Assembly: GCA_035695405.1 (NCBI GenBank)
Contig: DASSED010000179.1
Coordinates: forward strand, 1 to 63,300
Length of the DNA: 63,300 bases
Direction of reading: 5' to 3'
Source: Gemmatimonadales bacterium
GTDB lineage: Bacteria; Gemmatimonadota; Gemmatimonadetes; Gemmatimonadales; GWC2-71-9
The translations under genes were made by a program, and so were the position numbers. Within the stretch, counting starts at the first letter, position 1. Each line of letters starts with the position of its first letter. Positions 60,638 to 63,300 of this stretch are shown here, in pieces. Below the pieces are notes generated by a model. It did not search any database. It was not told the origin of the DNA and worked only from the letters and a program-made list of their open reading frames with translations.

Positions 60638-61944
60638 CTGTGACCCCGGCCAATTCCATGATACTCGAACCCGAGGCTGGCCATGCGATCGGGGTCGTAG
60701 AGGTTGCGGCCGTCGATCAGGAGCGACCGGCGCACCAGCTTGCGCACCCGCTCGAAGTCCGGATTCCGATAGAGCAACCATTCAGTCATGACCAGCAGCG
60801 CATCGGCCCCGTGCGCAGCACTGTACGGATCAGCCGCGTACATGACCCGATCACCAAAGATCATTCGAGCGGTGTCGGTCGCCTTGGGATCGTGGGTTTG
60901 CACCCGGGCACCAGCCTGGAGCAGCCCCTCGATGAGCGGAATGGTGGGACTCTCGCGCATGTCATCGGTCTCGGCCTTGAAGGCCAATCCCCATATCCCC
61001 ACGATTTTCCCGGTCAGGTCCTGTCCCAGGTAGCGCAAGGTCTTCTGCAGCACCACCAGCTTTTGGCACTCGTTCACCTGCTCAACGGCCTTGAGCACAT
61101 CGAGCGATAACCCCAAATCGTCTGAAGTGCGGATCAGCGCCTTGACGTCTTTGGGGAAGCAGGAGCCGCCGTATCCCGGCCCCGGATACAGAAAGGCGCG
61201 TCCGATCCGTTGATCGGAGCCGATCCCCAGACGTACCTGATTGACGTCGGCTCCCACCAGCTCGCAAAACAAGGCCATCTGATTCATGAAGGAGATTCGG
61301 GTGGCGAGCATGGCATTCGCCGCATACTTGGTGACTTCGGCGGAAGCCACGTCCATAAAGAAGACCCGATTACCGCCCTGCCGGGTGAACGGGGCATACA
61401 ACTCCCCCATGATTTCCTTGGCGTCCTCGTCCTCAACCCCGATCACCACCCGATCGGGCTTCATGAAGTCCTCGATCGCGGCGCCTTCCTTGAGGAACTC
61501 CGGATTGGAGCACACCGCAAAAGGTTTATCCGTCTGAGAACGGATTTCGGCACGGACCTTGTTGGCGGTTCCAACCGGCACCGTGGACTTGGTAACCACG
61601 ATTTTCCGCTCGTTCATGTGCCGGCCGATTTCCCGAGCCACGGTCAGGACGTGCTTCAGGTCGGCCGAGCCATCTTCGCCCGGAGGCGTGCCCACCGCGA
61701 TGAAGATGACCTTGGCGCCGCGGATCGCGGCTCCGATGTCGGTCGTGAAGGTCAGCCGGCCTTCGGCCTGGTTGCGCGTCACCATCGGCTCGAGGCCAGG
61801 CTCGTAAATCGGGATCTCATTGCGCTGCAGTCGCGCGATCTTGTCGGCGTCCACATCGACGCAGACGACGTCGTTCCCGGTCTCCGCCAGACATGCTCCG
61901 GCCACCAGGCCCACGTAACCGCTTCCGATCACTGCGACATGCAT
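60634..61944 (-). CDS. ugd: UDP-glucose 6-dehydrogenase
   Basis: MHVAVIGSGYVGLV Rossmann motif, catalytic GGSCFPKD, and a UDPG_MGDP_dh C-terminal pattern. Confidence 0.92.
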   Translation of the reverse strand: MHVAVIGSGYVGLVAGACLAETGNDVVCVDVDADKIARLQRNEIPIYEPGLEPMVTRNQAEGRLTFTTDIGAAIRGAKVIFIAVGTPPGEDGSADLKHVLTVAREIGRHMNERKIVVTKSTVPVGTANKVRAEIRSQTDKPFAVCSNPEFLKEGAAIEDFMKPDRVVIGVEDEDAKEIMGELYAPFTRQGGNRVFFMDVASAEVTKYAANAMLATRISFMNQMALFCELVGADVNQVRLGIGSDQRIGRAFLYPGPGYGGSCFPKDVKALIRTSDDLGLSLDVLKAVEQVNECQKLVVLQKTLRYLGQDLTGKIVGIWGLAFKAETDDMRESPTIPLIEGLLQAGARVQTHDPKATDTARMIFGDRVMYAADPYSAAHGADALLVMTEWLLYRNPDFERVRKLVRRSLLIDGRNLYDPDRMASLGFEYHGIGRGHR

Positions 61945-61945
61945 C

Positions 61946-63238
61946 TCAAACCTCTTTCGGGATGGCGTTGCGAGTGTCTACAACCAGCTTGGCTGTTCGC
62001 TTGATCATGGGATAGTCCACTGCTGTATGGTCGGTCACGATCATCACGCAGTCTACGTCCCTCACGATCTCGGGGGTAAGCCGGACCGACTGAAATTCCC
62101 GTCCGTCTTCGCGAAAGCGCGGCACGTGGGGGTCGAAATACGAGACCCGGGCCCCTTGACCCTCGAGCAGGCGGATGATGTCGAGCGCCGGGCTCTCGCG
62201 GATGTCGTCGATGTCCCGTTTATAGGCCACCCCGAGGACCAGAACCGAGGCCCCCCGTACCGCCTTCCCCTGGCTGTTCAGTGCTTCAGAGAGCTTCCGG
62301 ACCCAGAACATCGGCATTTCGGTGTTGAGCTCACCGGCCAGATCGATGAAGCGGGTCTTGTAATTGAGGCCTCGCATCTTCCAGGCGAGATAGTGGGGAT
62401 CGATCGGGATGCAATGTCCCCCTAGTCCCGGCCCGGGAAGAAATTTCATGAACCCAAACGGTTTGGTTGCGGCGGCCTCAATCACCTCCCAGACATCGAC
62501 CCCCAGCTTATCGCATACGATGGCCATCTCGTTGACCAGGCCGATGTTCACGCTCCGGAAGGTGTTCTCCAGCAGCTTCACCAACTCGGCCGACTCGGTG
62601 GTCGAGACCGGCACGAGGGTGTTGATGGCCGGCTGGTACAGTGCCACGGCCACGCGTCTGCAGTCCTCGGTGATGCCGCCCACCACTTTGGGGGTGTTTC
62701 GGGTGCCGTACTGGGCGTTCCCCGGATCTACCCGCTCGGGACTGAAGGCCAAGAAGAAATCCTGCCCCACCTTGAGCCCGGTACTTTCGAGCGCCGGCAG
62801 CATGATCTCCCGGGTGGTGCCGGGATAGGTAGTGCTCTCCAAAATGATGGCCTGACCGCGGCGCAGCCGCTGCTTCACCGCATCGGTGGCGGCGACGATG
62901 AAGCTCACGTCGGGATCCTTGAACTTGGAAAGCGGAGTCGGAACGCAGATAGAAATTGCGTCCGGCTCGGATAGCCGCGACATGTCGGTGGTGGCGCTGA
63001 AGCGCTCGCACTGCTGTCGGAGCTGGGCGTCGGACACGTCCTTGACGTGCGAGCGCCCCGCGTTCAAGCCGTCCACCACATCGGGATTGATGTCGAACCC
63101 GAGTACCCGATATCCTGCCTGGGCCAGCTCGACTGCCAGCGGCAGTCCCACATAGCCCAGCCCGACAATGCCGAACAGGATCTGGCGTCGTTCTGCCTTG
63201 GTGATCAAATCCTGCGCAATACTCATCCGTTCACTCAT
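61946..63238 (-). CDS. Nucleotide-sugar dehydrogenase (UDP-N-acetyl-hexosamine dehydrogenase type, WecC/WbpA/TviB-like)
   Basis: GIVGLGYVGLPLA Rossmann motif, catalytic GLGGHCIPIDP, and LENTFRSVNIGLVNE. Confidence 0.88.
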   Translation of the reverse strand: MSERMSIAQDLITKAERRQILFGIVGLGYVGLPLAVELAQAGYRVLGFDINPDVVDGLNAGRSHVKDVSDAQLRQQCERFSATTDMSRLSEPDAISICVPTPLSKFKDPDVSFIVAATDAVKQRLRRGQAIILESTTYPGTTREIMLPALESTGLKVGQDFFLAFSPERVDPGNAQYGTRNTPKVVGGITEDCRRVAVALYQPAINTLVPVSTTESAELVKLLENTFRSVNIGLVNEMAIVCDKLGVDVWEVIEAAATKPFGFMKFLPGPGLGGHCIPIDPHYLAWKMRGLNYKTRFIDLAGELNTEMPMFWVRKLSEALNSQGKAVRGASVLVLGVAYKRDIDDIRESPALDIIRLLEGQGARVSYFDPHVPRFREDGREFQSVRLTPEIVRDVDCVMIVTDHTAVDYPMIKRTAKLVVDTRNAIPKEV

Positions 63239-63300
63239 CGATAGAACGACAGCACTTCTTCGATGACCGTTTCTTGTTGCTCCCGCGTCAATTCAGGGTA
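63235..63300 (-). CDS. C-terminal fragment of an upstream polysaccharide-cluster gene (possibly a DegT-type aminotransferase)
   Basis: Reverse-strand translation reads YPELTREQQETVIEEVLSFYR-stop, with an ATGA overlap onto the next gene. The ...P.LT.E....VIE.V ending is common in DegT/DnrJ/EryC1 enzymes, but 21 aa is too little to be sure. Confidence 0.35.
   Translation of the reverse strand, partial: YPELTREQQETVIEEVLSFYR

Overview
GC-rich (about 63-65%) bacterial chromosomal segment. Gene content and protein style suggest a diderm such as Gemmatimonadota, but that is inference only and I cannot verify it here. I call about 60 protein genes. All but two (436..1569 and 25169..26986) lie on the minus strand, and at least 15 junctions are 4-nt ATGA/GTGA stop/start overlaps. 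The content is overwhelmingly housekeeping:
- hflX, rarA, cca-like, alaS, recX-recA, ftsK
- the aroQ-pepP-efp-accB-accC block
- ppiD, tatA, ispB, hutH
- a complete Tol-Pal cluster
- ssb, rimI-tsaB-tsaE, uvrB, rel, radC, secA, nadD, bamD
- the edge of a nucleotide-sugar/polysaccharide cluster

I found no rRNA, tRNA, CRISPR array, transposase, integrase or obvious defence island, so most of the window is ordinary core genome.

The observations most worth a second look:
1. tatC reads without a stop codon into a ~900-aa LptD/OstA-like outer-membrane protein ORF. Together they form one 1172-aa frame, with a signal-peptide-like segment exactly at the junction.
2. A PilT-family ATPase gene is wedged between accB and accC and overlaps accB by 8 nt.
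3. A tight four-gene cluster of small uncharacterised proteins (DUF937-like, BON-less LysM, lipoprotein, EVE domain) sits directly upstream of uvrB. Its leader can pair with its own Shine-Dalgarno sequence.
4. Several unusually clean palindromes and repeats lie in the few intergenic regions: a perfect TGTGA-N6-TCACA site, tandem CTAGAC heptamers before efp, a 14-bp palindrome before ppiD, and paired motifs before recA.

The ORF track takes the longest ORF using ATG/GTG/TTG starts. I trimmed several N-termini to internal starts that abut the upstream stop codon. All functional calls rest on motifs I recognise in the translations, not on database searches.
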